This document shows positions 8,667 through 18,594 of a stretch of 64,000 nt of DNA, one piece after another. The stretch spans positions 8,988 through 72,987 of the forward strand of contig JASMDC010000015.1 of NCBI GenBank assembly GCA_030753015.1, written 5' to 3'. The DNA comes from Candidatus Undinarchaeales archaeon. Its GTDB lineage: Archaea > SpSt-1190 > JASMDC01. Every line of letters starts with the position of its first letter. Within the stretch, counting starts at the first letter, position 1. A model generated the notes under the pieces. The model saw only the letters and a list, made by a program, of their open reading frames with translations. It did no database searches and had not been told where the DNA came from. A program made the translations under genes and the position numbers.

Positions 8667-9200
8667 ATGGCGGACGACGAGCCCTCTGGTCTCGACGCAC
8701 TGGAGGCACAGATCACCTCCTACACCGACCACAAATACTTCATCCCCGTGGCCCTGGTGGCGATCCTGGTGCTCTACGGAGCAAGCCTTGCATCCTACAC
8801 GGGGTTGTGCGAGGTGGCCGGGATGACCGAGGCGATCTCGATCTTCGAACCGACCTCCATGCCCGAGAACTCCGCCTGCAAGTACGCGATCAAGCCCCTG
8901 CTCATCCTCACCGGCCTGCTGCTGGTGTTCGTGGTGCCCGGGTACGCCTGGACCATCGGACTGTTCGACGACGAGGAGATCGACGCCATCGAGCGGTTCA
9001 CCATCGCGTTCGCGGTGTCCATCGCCCTGGTGGTGCTGTCCATCATCTACCTGAACATGCTGATGGGCATCAAGATAACCCGGCTCACCGTTATCGGTGA
9101 CATCACCCTCATCACGCTGCTGGGCCTTGCCTACTGGGGCTGGAAGCGCGAGGGCTGGTTCGGCGGGAAGGTGCCGGCGGCAAAGGCCGCGAGCGACTGA
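8667..9200 (+). CDS. DUF1616-like membrane protein
   Basis: LVFVVPGYAW...IDAIERFTIAFAVSIALV motif and 4 TM segments. Confidence 0.75.
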   Translation: MADDEPSGLDALEAQITSYTDHKYFIPVALVAILVLYGASLASYTGLCEVAGMTEAISIFEPTSMPENSACKYAIKPLLILTGLLLVFVVPGYAWTIGLFDDEEIDAIERFTIAFAVSIALVVLSIIYLNMLMGIKITRLTVIGDITLITLLGLAYWGWKREGWFGGKVPAAKAASD

Positions 9201-9249
9201 ACCCGTTCTTCGGATACGGGATGTCTAATCTACTCCTGTAGGTTTGTCC

Positions 9250-9378
9250 CTATTCGCCCACTGTCGAATCGATCCAGTCGGAGCTGGGGTTCATGTTCGT
9301 GAGGGTTCCGTCGTTGCTGTCCCTGGAATCGCTCGCCGTGGACCCTGAGCCATCGTCGAGCTTGAGTAAATACGTGAT
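9250..9378 (-). pseudogene. Remnant of a LamG-like jellyroll domain
   Basis: YLLKLDDGSGSTASDSRDSNDGTLTNMNPSSDW resembles the (W)xxDEGSGTTAxDS..NNGTL..W LamG signature. It has no proper start and lies just downstream of the large pilin. Confidence 0.55.
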
Positions 9379-9456
9379 GGGGAAAGAGGAGCTGTTCCTC
9401 CGACGGAGCGTCAACTCAAGCGGTCCAGATTGAGGCCGGGAGCGCACTACCTACGG

Positions 9457-12400
9457 CTAATCGTTGTCGCTGATGTTCGCAGTCACGTCGTCCGGGTTCA
9501 AGGTGTTGTAGTCTCCATCACTACTGGAGGCAGCTCCATTAGTGATCAGGACCGTGTGCGGGTTCACCTCGACGACACCGTCGTCCACGGCAGTCACCGT
9601 CACCGTCTGCGGCGTGTTCCAGGGGTTCGGGGCCCCCGGATTGAACGTCACCGAGGACGGGTCTACGGTCGCGCCTTCGGTCTCGTCGGCCGAGGAGATG
9701 GCGATCGTGACGTCATCCGTCGGTTTACTGGTGAGGACGATCGTATAGGTGTCCGAAGTCGCACTTTCCTCGTTCACGTCGGTCGAGCCGCCCGACTCGG
9801 CTACCGTGATGCTGGCATCTTCGTCATCGGTAATCGTTGCGGTCACCTGCTGAGTACCGCTCTCGGCGGCGTTCGCTGCCGGGCCCACGGTGTCTATGTC
9901 CACGATGACCGTCTCGACATCGTCATCGTAATCGTCGTTGACACCAGTGATGGTGACCGAGTTGGACGTGGTCTGGCCCGCTGAGATGGTCAGGCTCGTG
10001 CCCGAGCGGGTGTAGTCGTCCGAGAGGGTCGCCGTCCCGGAGAACGCCAGTGTTATCGTGACCTCGGCCGCTACCTCCGTGTTCGCGGACGCGCTCACTG
10101 TAGCCGTGCCTCCGTCCTCCGCCAGCGGGGAACCCGAGAGGCTGAGGGTGATGGCAGCTACGTCGTCGTCGGTGACGCTGACCGATACGCTGCCAAGGGC
10201 ATAGCCGTTGTAGTCGCTGTTGGAGCTCGTTACGGTATGGGTGATAGTGCTTATCTCGGGCGACGTCTCGTCGTCCGAGTCGTCCTCCGCCGTTACGGTC
10301 ACGATCTGCGTCGAGTCCCAGTCACCCGAGTCGAAGCTGAGGGCCGTCATGGACTGGAGGTCGGCGTCGTTACCGATGGTCACGGTGACGGTCGTGTTGG
10401 GATCGCTCCCGAGGACCACGGTGTAGCTGTCGGTGGCCCCGCCCTCGGTGACGGCCGTAGAGCCGCCGGACTCGGTGAGCGTCATACTAGCGGTATCGTC
10501 GTCGGTGATGGTCACACCCACCCCAACGAAGCCCGAACTGTACTTGGAATCGGTGCTGGAGAAACTGTTCCAGATGTAATGCTGGTGCGTCGCCGCCTCG
10601 TCGACATCATCGTCGGTGGCCGTAACGGTCACCTGCTGGCTCACGTTCCAGTTGCCCGATGTGAACGTCAGCTGGCTCATGGCCTCGTACTGCTCGTCGA
10701 AGTCGACGATGGTGATGGTCACGGTCTCGACGGGCTCGCTGGTGAGCAGGATATCGTAGTATCCGTCGCCCGTCTGTCCCTCGGCAACGTCCGTATCGGT
10801 GTCGGGCACGCTCGTGCCCGCCGAGTCGTCATCGGTGATGCTGACCGACACGGACGAGAGCGACATACCACTGTACTTGCTGTCGGTGCTTGCCACGCTG
10901 TGCGAGACCGTCCCGGTGTGCGGGTCGGTCGTCTCGTCGATGTAGTCCTTGAACGCCGTGACCGTGACGGTCTGCGTCGAGTCCCAGTCGCCGTCGGTGA
11001 AGGTCAGGCTGCTCTTGTCGGTGTACGCCTCGGTGTCATCGGTGACCGTGACGACGACATCGTAATACGGCTTGGTATCGAGCACGACAGTGTAGGTGTC
11101 GGTATCGGTGGTGCCGTCCTCGGTGACCGCGGTGGACCCGCCGGACTCTGTGAGCGTGATGCCCGAGACGTCCTCGTCATAGACCTCGGGATTGATCTGG
11201 CGCGACTGGCCGTCATATAGGGTATCGCTGCTCGCAGCGGTGTGTGTGATATGACCGTAGTGCAGTCCGTCCCCGGTCGCCTCGTCATAGTCGTCATCGA
11301 CCACAGAGAAGCTCACGGTCTGGTAGTCGTCCCAGTTGCCGCCGCCGCCGCCGGTGAAGATGAGCGTCGTTGAGCTCGTGATGCTGAGCTCGGAGTGGTG
11401 GTCGACGGTCTCTGCGAGCGTGACCGTGACCGTGTCGGTGGGATCGCTGTTCATCTTGACCTTATAGGTCGTGCTCTGCGCCTGGCCCGGCACCTCGAAG
11501 ACAACAGGCGTGCTGTTGTCGATGACGATGCTCGAGGAGTCGTCGTCGGTGATCGTGACCGTCGCTGACTGTCCCGCCTGGTTGTAGGCGATGTTGGAGA
11601 CGCTCTGTATAGTCGCGATGACCGTCTCATCGTCCTCGTCCACCCGGTCGTGTGTGGAGGTGACGGTGATGTTCCGCTCGAGGTCGCCCTGCGGGATGGT
11701 CACCTCGTAGGCATCGAGGCTGTAGTCGGTGCCATCTATGGCAGTACCACTGATCGTGTATACGACATGAACGTCCAGGTCGTTGTGCCCGGAGAGACGC
11801 GCGGTGATCGTGGACGTGCCGGCGTCCTCTTCGACGGCCCCGGCGGAGACGATGAGGCTGATCGACTCTGGGTCCTGGCCGCCTTCGATCTTGCCCGAGC
11901 AGATGGCCGTCTCTGCGTGGTCGCCGATGGCGTTGAACACGTCGAAGGTGACCTTGACCTTTGCACGATACCCATTGCCGTGGTGGAGGTCAACCATCCC
12001 GGCGCCCACGTCCTCGATGGAAAGTGTGCTGATCTCGCCCTCGGACACGTTCTGTTCGAGACAGCCGCTGGTCGTGTCGCCCCCAGTGTTGTAGTAGTCG
12101 CAGTTGTAGCCGCGCTCCGTCCATGTCACGTGCACGCCTTCAGGGTACTCTACGTCGACGTTGCGAACGCGTATGGACATACCTCCACCGTTCTGGATAC
12201 GGAGCTTGAAAGAGCTGTCACGGTCATCCGCGTCAGGATTGTCGACGGTGATGTCCCAGATGCCCGTCGTCCCCGTGGCACGGAACTGGTGGTCGCGGTA
12301 GTGCATCTTCTCGAATCCCACACATCCGGTCTTGCGGTACGTGGACGGATTGATGATGCCCGCCGAGTAGAGCGCGGCTCCCGCGATGACGATGATGATG

Positions 12401-12471
12401 AACATCCACCCGTAGCTCATCAGGAACTCAAGGGAGGCCTGTGCACGTTTTGTCACAGTAAATATAACCAT
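9457..12471 (-). CDS. Class III signal-peptide (type IV pilin-like) surface protein with tandem Calx-beta-like repeats
   Basis: KRAQASLEFLMSYGW plus hydrophobic helix, then repeated acidic Thr/Ser/Asp-rich units (VTE..TDTYTVVL..P...VTVT...LTFT..(D/N)W...QTVTVTA.DD...TITDDD). Start may be 12471 or 12504. Confidence 0.85.
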   Translation of the reverse strand: MVIFTVTKRAQASLEFLMSYGWMFIIIVIAGAALYSAGIINPSTYRKTGCVGFEKMHYRDHQFRATGTTGIWDITVDNPDADDRDSSFKLRIQNGGGMSIRVRNVDVEYPEGVHVTWTERGYNCDYYNTGGDTTSGCLEQNVSEGEISTLSIEDVGAGMVDLHHGNGYRAKVKVTFDVFNAIGDHAETAICSGKIEGGQDPESISLIVSAGAVEEDAGTSTITARLSGHNDLDVHVVYTISGTAIDGTDYSLDAYEVTIPQGDLERNITVTSTHDRVDEDDETVIATIQSVSNIAYNQAGQSATVTITDDDSSSIVIDNSTPVVFEVPGQAQSTTYKVKMNSDPTDTVTVTLAETVDHHSELSITSSTTLIFTGGGGGNWDDYQTVSFSVVDDDYDEATGDGLHYGHITHTAASSDTLYDGQSRQINPEVYDEDVSGITLTESGGSTAVTEDGTTDTDTYTVVLDTKPYYDVVVTVTDDTEAYTDKSSLTFTDGDWDSTQTVTVTAFKDYIDETTDPHTGTVSHSVASTDSKYSGMSLSSVSVSITDDDSAGTSVPDTDTDVAEGQTGDGYYDILLTSEPVETVTITIVDFDEQYEAMSQLTFTSGNWNVSQQVTVTATDDDVDEAATHQHYIWNSFSSTDSKYSSGFVGVGVTITDDDTASMTLTESGGSTAVTEGGATDSYTVVLGSDPNTTVTVTIGNDADLQSMTALSFDSGDWDSTQIVTVTAEDDSDDETSPEISTITHTVTSSNSDYNGYALGSVSVSVTDDDVAAITLSLSGSPLAEDGGTATVSASANTEVAAEVTITLAFSGTATLSDDYTRSGTSLTISAGQTTSNSVTITGVNDDYDDDVETVIVDIDTVGPAANAAESGTQQVTATITDDEDASITVAESGGSTDVNEESATSDTYTIVLTSKPTDDVTIAISSADETEGATVDPSSVTFNPGAPNPWNTPQTVTVTAVDDGVVEVNPHTVLITNGAASSSDGDYNTLNPDDVTANISDND

Positions 12472-12557
12472 TGTTATATCACGCGATATTATAGAGTTCT
12501 TCACGATATAAAACCTTTACCTGAAACGAACGCGCAACCGTCGCGCAACAATGAGAT

Positions 12558-13391
12558 TCACTCGTCGTAGATGTAGACAGAGTCAGGATAGTGCCGGATG
12601 GCACCCTTGGTCCACCGGTTCTGGACCTCGGCCTCGATGATCGAGTTCGCGACGTCCATGGGGACGTGTGCCTTTAGCAGGCCAAGGGGCGTGTTGAGCC
12701 CCAGCGGACGGTTGGGGATAATGTGGCGGGTGGTGTCGGACGGGAGCGGCGTCCGCGCCAGCGCCATGCGCACGACCTCTTCCTTGGAGATGACCGGGCG
12801 TCGGCACAGGCAGGCGATGTCCTCGTCCCGCTCGAACACGTCCAGGCAGTAGTCGTTGGACACGGGCCGATGAGCGATCTCCCTGTCACGGATCTCGGCC
12901 ATGAAAGCGCGGTCGAACACGGCCCACTGCTCCACCGAGAAATCCTTGCAGGGGAACAGAAAGGCACCCTCGCCCTTGCGGAACGCGCAGCCGAAGTACG
13001 CCTGCCGTGTCGTCAGAGCGTGGGCCGCGTCCCAGAAGTCCCTCTGCTCGGGCTTGCGTCCGCACACCTTCTTGATGATGTCCAGCAGCTCTTCCCGCTC
13101 CACGGAGAAGAACACCTGCGACCAGCCGAACAGCTCGATGGAGGCATCGGTATAGTCGACGAGCGATGCTACCACGCTCACGCACCCCAGCTCGCGCATA
13201 GCCTCGGCACGGTGGATGCCGTCGATGGCGATGTATTGCTCTCCGTCCTTGGTGGGGAAGACGATGATCGGATTCTTCTGGACGCCGTCCGACTCTATAA
13301 TGCTGGCCAGGCTCTGTACCTTATCGGGGATGATCGCCTCGTGGAGCAGCACCGAGTCGATGGGGATGACGTGGAGCGTGGGGAGTTCCAC
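12558..13391 (-). CDS. ParB/Srx N-terminal domain protein, SbnI/free-serine-kinase-like
   Basis: LLHE...NPIIV...IDGIHR and C-terminal LPSDTTRHIIPNRPLGLNTPLGLL, similar in layout to SbnI. Confidence 0.7.
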   Translation of the reverse strand: MELPTLHVIPIDSVLLHEAIIPDKVQSLASIIESDGVQKNPIIVFPTKDGEQYIAIDGIHRAEAMRELGCVSVVASLVDYTDASIELFGWSQVFFSVEREELLDIIKKVCGRKPEQRDFWDAAHALTTRQAYFGCAFRKGEGAFLFPCKDFSVEQWAVFDRAFMAEIRDREIAHRPVSNDYCLDVFERDEDIACLCRRPVISKEEVVRMALARTPLPSDTTRHIIPNRPLGLNTPLGLLKAHVPMDVANSIIEAEVQNRWTKGAIRHYPDSVYIYDE

Positions 13392-13465
13392 GGACTGTCA
13401 ATAAGGAGCGAGCTTTTTATGGCTTATCTCTTTGCGTGGGCAGGCACAGCACGTGGGCGTGCGGT

Positions 13466-13984
13466 CTAGTCCCTTGCCGGCTCGAGCATCTTCCCCCGTG
13501 CCAGGCCATCTAGCTTGATATTGAGCTGGATGTTCTCGTTTGCCATGTGCTCCATCATCGATCCAACGTCGCCGAGGATGTTCTGCATCTCAGTGATCGA
13601 GAGCACGCGGCTCTCGGGCTCGATGAGGATGACGGTGGAAGGTGTGATGTTGAGCACCATCATCATCAGCACGTCGAGGCCCCGGGCGTACACACCAACG
13701 TCACCGATCATGGAGTGGACGTTGTTTCCGATGTCCTCCACGGAGGTGTACTTGACCTCGGCCACCTCGATATGGTCCTGGGCGCGGAGCGTGGCGACGA
13801 TCTTCTTCAGAGCCGCCTGGACGGTCTCGGCATCGGCCTGCTGGACCTCGTACACGAACCGGGCGTGCATCCAGCCCTTCTTCTCGATAAGCTCATCTGC
13901 TTCCTCCTCTTCCATGAACCGGAGCTCCTTGAACTCGAGCTCCTCGTCCTCGTCCCGGTCCTCGGTCCTGTCCTCGTCAGCCAT
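13466..13984 (-). CDS. Conserved archaeal hypothetical protein
   Basis: MADEDRTE... with a PSTVILIEPE motif; overlaps the amrS stop (translational coupling). The 5' extension in the ORF track is an out-of-frame overlap with amrS. Confidence 0.75.
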   Translation of the reverse strand: MADEDRTEDRDEDEELEFKELRFMEEEEADELIEKKGWMHARFVYEVQQADAETVQAALKKIVATLRAQDHIEVAEVKYTSVEDIGNNVHSMIGDVGVYARGLDVLMMMVLNITPSTVILIEPESRVLSITEMQNILGDVGSMMEHMANENIQLNIKLDGLARGKMLEPARD

Positions 13985-14999
13985 TGCGCTCACCCATGAT
14001 CTCGATGGCCTCACCGCACTCGGGGCACACCCCTGTACGCGAGACCGCGTCGCTGATGATCGTGAAGCCGTACCTTTTAATAAGCAATCCCCCGCAGGCC
14101 GGGCAGTACGTGTTCTCCCCGTCGCTGCCGGGGACGTTGCCCACGTAGATGTACCGCAGTCCCGCGTCCTTTGCGATGGCCTGGGCCCGCTCCAGCGTCC
14201 CCGAGGGCGTCGCCTGCCGGTCACGGAGCTTGTAGTCGGGGTGGAACCGCGAGAAGTGGATGGCGATGCCGGCGTCGATGGCGGCCACGGCCTCGCACAG
14301 CTCCCGCAGGTCGTCGTCGCTGTCGTTGAGTCCGGGGACCACCAGGTTGGTGACCTCCACGTGCACGTCGTGCTCGCGCATCTCGCGGATGGACGCCAGC
14401 ACCGCGTCGGGCCCCTTGGGCGCACCGCACCGCTCCTTGTAGAAGGCGGGCCGGATCGACTTGAGGTCCACGTTGGCGGCGTCGAGGTACGGCGCGATGG
14501 CCTGCACGGCGTCGACGGTCATGTAGCCGTTGGTGACGAACACGTTGTACAGGCCCTTCTCGTGCACGAGCCTGGCGATGTCGTAGGCGTACTCGAAGAA
14601 GATGGTGGGCTCGGAGTAAGTGTAGGCGATGCCGGCGCACCCCTCGGACTCCACCAGCTCCGCAACTTTTTCAGCGGTCACCTGGCGCGAGCCGATGTCC
14701 CCGGGATCGGCCTGGGACAGCGTCCAGTTCTGGCAGAAGCTGCACGTGAGGTTGCAACCGGCGGTGGCGAGGGAGAACACACGCGTCCCCGGGTGGAAGT
14801 TGAACAGCGGCTTCTTCTCGATGGGATCCACGGCCATGGACACCGGCCGCTCGTACGTAAGCGAGTACAGGGTGCCGTCGCGGTTCTCGCGCACCCGGCA
14901 CACCCCCCGCTTCCCCGGCTTTATGTGGCACCTGTGGTTGCAGAGCGAGCAGGCGGCCACGCCGTCCTTCCCCTTCTCGTACAACATCGCCTCCTTCAT
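13977..14999 (-). CDS. amrS: AmmeMemoRadiSam system radical SAM enzyme
   Basis: CSLCNHRC, DPIEKKPLFNFHPG, CNLTCSFCQN, YTYSEP, FHPDY and YIYVGNV...TYCPAC. Confidence 0.92.
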   Translation of the reverse strand: MKEAMLYEKGKDGVAACSLCNHRCHIKPGKRGVCRVRENRDGTLYSLTYERPVSMAVDPIEKKPLFNFHPGTRVFSLATAGCNLTCSFCQNWTLSQADPGDIGSRQVTAEKVAELVESEGCAGIAYTYSEPTIFFEYAYDIARLVHEKGLYNVFVTNGYMTVDAVQAIAPYLDAANVDLKSIRPAFYKERCGAPKGPDAVLASIREMREHDVHVEVTNLVVPGLNDSDDDLRELCEAVAAIDAGIAIHFSRFHPDYKLRDRQATPSGTLERAQAIAKDAGLRYIYVGNVPGSDGENTYCPACGGLLIKRYGFTIISDAVSRTGVCPECGEAIEIMGERNG

Positions 15000-15040
15000 A
15001 TGGTGTCCACCTCTGCGTGGTGTGGGTGCGGCTCACCTTC

Positions 15041-15973
15041 TTAAGGATTGCCGGCGCGCATGGGGCACCCCGGGCAGTCCTTACCGCACGCGCTCTTCCC
15101 CATCTGAGCCCGCTGTCGCTTGAGCCGGGGCACCTCGGACAGCGAGTCTTTTACCAGGTAGGGCAGGGTATCGGCGTCCATGGTACGAAGAGTGGACAGC
15201 ACGCAGCCCTGGATGGTGGCGCGCATCCCCGTCTCCTCCGCGGCTCGGGCCACGCGCATGACCAGGCCGGGAACATAGGCCACGGCGTCGAGGTCGAGAC
15301 CGGCGGCGACCAGCCGGTCGCGGTTGTCGGCGTGGACGGCGCACTGGTGCACCATTACCTCGTCCATGCCGGTCCTGCGGGCGAGCTCGGTGATGGCGGG
15401 TAGCTGGTCGCTGTTGATGCCCGGCATGTCGACCACCCGTACGATGCCCCACACCCTCGACCGCCCTACAAGCGACAGCGCCTGCACGAGCTGGTCGAAG
15501 GTGTCCGCACCGCTGACGGCGGCATGGTGGGTGGGGTCTGCTGCGCTGACCGACACCATGCACAGGTCCACCAACCCCTCCAGCCGTTCCCAGAGGGCGG
15601 GAGTGAGCAGGGTGCCGTTGGTCTGGAGATCGAGCCGCACGTTACCATAGGCCTCCCGCGCTTCGCGCAGCACCGCCAGCAGTCGCTCGGGCTCCATCAG
15701 TGGCTCGCCGTACTGGCTCACGGTGATCGCTTGGGGATCCGGCTCGCCGTAGTACCCGGGTTCTGGCAGCGTCCCCGCGTCGCCGGCCACTCGCGAGTAG
15801 CAGAACATGCACTCGTGGTTGCACTTCCCGGTGAGCTCGATGGAGGCGTGGTGGACCGGGTCGGGATTGGTGGGATCGGCGCCCTGGCACCCCTCGCAGT
15901 GGCGGCAGATGGGGAGCGCCTGGACCGCAGCCCTTAGCGCGGCTCCCGTAGTGCCCAGCGTGATGGTGGTCAC
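15041..15973 (-). CDS. Radical SAM protein (archaeal, uncharacterised)
   Basis: CNHECMFC motif, SQYGEP, LQTNG, with extra Cys clusters at both ends. Confidence 0.85.
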   Translation of the reverse strand: MTTITLGTTGAALRAAVQALPICRHCEGCQGADPTNPDPVHHASIELTGKCNHECMFCYSRVAGDAGTLPEPGYYGEPDPQAITVSQYGEPLMEPERLLAVLREAREAYGNVRLDLQTNGTLLTPALWERLEGLVDLCMVSVSAADPTHHAAVSGADTFDQLVQALSLVGRSRVWGIVRVVDMPGINSDQLPAITELARRTGMDEVMVHQCAVHADNRDRLVAAGLDLDAVAYVPGLVMRVARAAEETGMRATIQGCVLSTLRTMDADTLPYLVKDSLSEVPRLKRQRAQMGKSACGKDCPGCPMRAGNP

Positions 15974-15994
15974 TACCGGAGGCTAAAAGAAATC

Positions 15995-16002
15995 TATATA
16001 AA
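15995..16002 (+). promoter_or_regulatory. TATA box with purine-rich BRE upstream of tRNA-Phe
   Basis: AAAAGAAATC-TATATAAA about 30 nt upstream of the tRNA; it may also serve the divergent gene. Confidence 0.6.
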
Positions 16003-16032
16003 GGAAACCACCGCACTCCGGAACGGAACCAA

Positions 16033-16146
16033 GGGGCCATAGCTCAGTCTGGGAGAGCGCCGGACTGAAGTTCCGACTTGGATCTTCCGATACCAAGATG
16101 AGGATTTGAGATCCGGGTGTCCCGGGTTCGAACCCCGGTGGCCCCA
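16033..16146 (+). tRNA. tRNA-Phe(GAA) with a 40-nt intron at position 37/38 (16071-16110)
   Basis: GGGGCCA/TGGCCCC acceptor stem, GCTC/GAGC D-stem, CCGGA/TCCGG anticodon stem, GAA at 16067-16069, TTCGAAC T-loop. The intron forms a relaxed bulge-helix-bulge. CCA is not encoded. Confidence 0.95.
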
Positions 16147-16260
16147 CTCCGCGGGGGGCGTTTCGTCCTCCGCAACCCAGCTGCCCAGAATGACCTGCCC
16201 ACGGACAACCATATAACACAAGAACGCCATTATACTCCTATGAGGTCGAGGAACCCTCCC

Positions 16261-17877
16261 GTGCATGCGCGCACCACAGCGTGCGTCCTGCTTGTCCTCA
16301 TCCTTATCCTGTGCACCGTCCACGGCGAGGACGAGAACACGACCCTTGACCAGAACGCCACTCTTGACGAGAACGTCACGACCCCCCCACCCACCCCGGT
16401 ACCCGCGCCCGAGGCGACACCTGTTACCGCACCGGCACTTCCGGAAGACTCTCATCCACTCCTCGTCGGTATGCTCGACCGCCACACCGACTCCGTGAAC
16501 ACCGTGTGGGCCCAAGGGAAGTACATCTTCACCGGCTCGGACGACGGTACGGTCATGGTGTGGAGCCGCAAGGACTTCTCCCCCGGCCTGCTGGTCCGGA
16601 TGGACGGCGCGACCGTGTCCGAGCTGGTAGTGGACGACACCTACATCTACACCGTCGCCTACGAGACCATGGCCCGGGTGTGGAGCAACACCAACTTCTC
16701 GCCAATCGGTACGCTGGAGGGGCACACGGACCTCGTGACCGGTGTATGGAGCGATGGAGAGCGCGTCTACACGGCCTCCGACGACAAGACCGTGCGCGTG
16801 TACCGCCGGGCCGATCTCTCTCTCGAGAACGTGCTCCGCGGACACCGCGGCTGGGTCACCGACGTCGTCACCAACACCGACCACGTCTTCACGGCGTCGT
16901 TCGGCGACAAGGAGGTGCGCGTGTGGCGCCGGTCCGACCTGTTGCCCGCGGGCACGCTCACTACACCGACGGCCACGGGCATGCAGGTGGTGTTCGCCGA
17001 CGACGAGCACATCTTCACCGACGGCCGGGACACACAGGCCAAGGTCTACACGGTCCAGGTGTGGCGGACGGACGACCTCTCGTCGGTGGCGGTCCTCGGG
17101 GGGCACAACGATACCGTCACGGCCATCCATGCGGACGAGGACTACGTGTACAGCGCCTCCCGGGACGGCTCGGTCCGGCTCTGGAACCGCACCGACCTCA
17201 CGCTGCTTGAGACGCTTACCGGGCACACCGATGCGGTGACCGACGTGTTCGCGGACGCTGACTTCATCTACACTGCTTCTTGGGACCGGACCGCCCGCGT
17301 GTGGCGGCGTCCCGATGCCGACGTATACGTCCCCTCCGTTGTGATGGACGCCCCCGGTCCCGGAGAGGTGGACCCGGACGGGCCGGACACGAACGACACG
17401 AATGCCGGGAACGACACCGATGACACCGTAAGCAGCGACGACATCGGCTCCATCTACGAGGGGCTCCCCGACGCGTGGAAGGATGACATCGAGGACTACG
17501 ATCCGGAGGCAGGTGGCAACGAGACGGGGCTGGAGGGAATCTTCTCGGGCACTCTCAACAAGACGCTGATGGGGACAACGGACATGAACGAGACGGTCGA
17601 CCTCAACGTCTCGGGGATGGAGGGGGTCACACCACCGCCGGACACGTCGGCGGCGCCCACGACCGGGCCGGGGACCTTCACGCAGGAGGGCGAGGTGTAC
17701 GATGACGCCGAGGTCCGCTCAGAGACGTATAGGATGGCCGACGGCAACGAGGACTGGGCCGAGGAGCTGGCGCCCAAGGAGCCGTCGAAGCTCCAGATGT
17801 ACATCTACGCCGGGCTGGGCCTCGTGGTCTTCGGCAGCTGCGTGTTCGGGTACTTCTCGTTCTGCCGCGGCAGTTAG
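16261..17877 (+). CDS. Membrane-anchored secreted WD40-repeat protein
   Basis: Signal peptide (CVLLVLILILCTVHG), about 7 repeats of GHTD.V..V......YTASDD.TVRVW, an acidic linker and a C-terminal TM helix. Start GTG 16261 or ATG 16240. Confidence 0.88.
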   Translation: MHARTTACVLLVLILILCTVHGEDENTTLDQNATLDENVTTPPPTPVPAPEATPVTAPALPEDSHPLLVGMLDRHTDSVNTVWAQGKYIFTGSDDGTVMVWSRKDFSPGLLVRMDGATVSELVVDDTYIYTVAYETMARVWSNTNFSPIGTLEGHTDLVTGVWSDGERVYTASDDKTVRVYRRADLSLENVLRGHRGWVTDVVTNTDHVFTASFGDKEVRVWRRSDLLPAGTLTTPTATGMQVVFADDEHIFTDGRDTQAKVYTVQVWRTDDLSSVAVLGGHNDTVTAIHADEDYVYSASRDGSVRLWNRTDLTLLETLTGHTDAVTDVFADADFIYTASWDRTARVWRRPDADVYVPSVVMDAPGPGEVDPDGPDTNDTNAGNDTDDTVSSDDIGSIYEGLPDAWKDDIEDYDPEAGGNETGLEGIFSGTLNKTLMGTTDMNETVDLNVSGMEGVTPPPDTSAAPTTGPGTFTQEGEVYDDAEVRSETYRMADGNEDWAEELAPKEPSKLQMYIYAGLGLVVFGSCVFGYFSFCRGS

Positions 17878-17880
17878 TTC

Positions 17881-18387
17881 TCAGAGCTCCTGCTCCTTGA
17901 ACAGGCCCTGGTACTGGGCCTCGCCCTCGCATCGCTGGAATATGAGCTGGCACAGCCGCTCGCCGGGGACGATCTCGAGGTTGTTGGGGCCGGCGTTGAA
18001 GATCTCGAGCACCTGTCGGTTTGAGACACCGGGCTGTATGAACGGTGCTGTGATGTGCACCATGAGCCCCAACCGCGCAAAGCGCGAGCGGGAGTTGAGC
18101 CACCCGCAGATGGTGGGCGACAGGGTGACCCGCTCCTTGGTGATGCCCAGGATGAGCTCCTTGGGCTTGATAGTGTACTTGTCCTCGATGACCTTGTGCT
18201 TGGTGATCTTGCGGAAGTCGGAGCCCTCGACGACGGGGATGGAGTGGTCGATGTTGCGGAAGATGCGGATCTCGGGGGCGAGGGTCAGGTCCACGGACGC
18301 GGGGCCGACCGCCGTTCGATCGAACGGCTCGATGGCGATGTTGCCTGCCTCTATCTCGGCCAGGATCAGGTCATGGGTGAGCACCAT
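17881..18387 (-). CDS. dcd: dCTP deaminase
   Basis: PASVDLTL, RSRFARLGL, LEIFN and ERLCQLIF...YQG motifs. Confidence 0.92.
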   Translation of the reverse strand: MVLTHDLILAEIEAGNIAIEPFDRTAVGPASVDLTLAPEIRIFRNIDHSIPVVEGSDFRKITKHKVIEDKYTIKPKELILGITKERVTLSPTICGWLNSRSRFARLGLMVHITAPFIQPGVSNRQVLEIFNAGPNNLEIVPGERLCQLIFQRCEGEAQYQGLFKEQEL

Positions 18388-18594
18388 GATGTGTGACGGT
18401 GGCGCAGTGGTACTTATGCTTTATGGTGTCGGTGCCCCTTAAGCGCCCTGCACGTACCCGGGAACGCCGTGCATCCTCTGGACCGGTACTCGTCCGGCGA
18501 GTGCCTTACAGCTCCATCCCCTCCCTCTCGGAAGAGGACTTCCGTTTAAAACGTAAAAGAGTTAATACTCGCTGTTCGATAGAGTGACCGAAGG

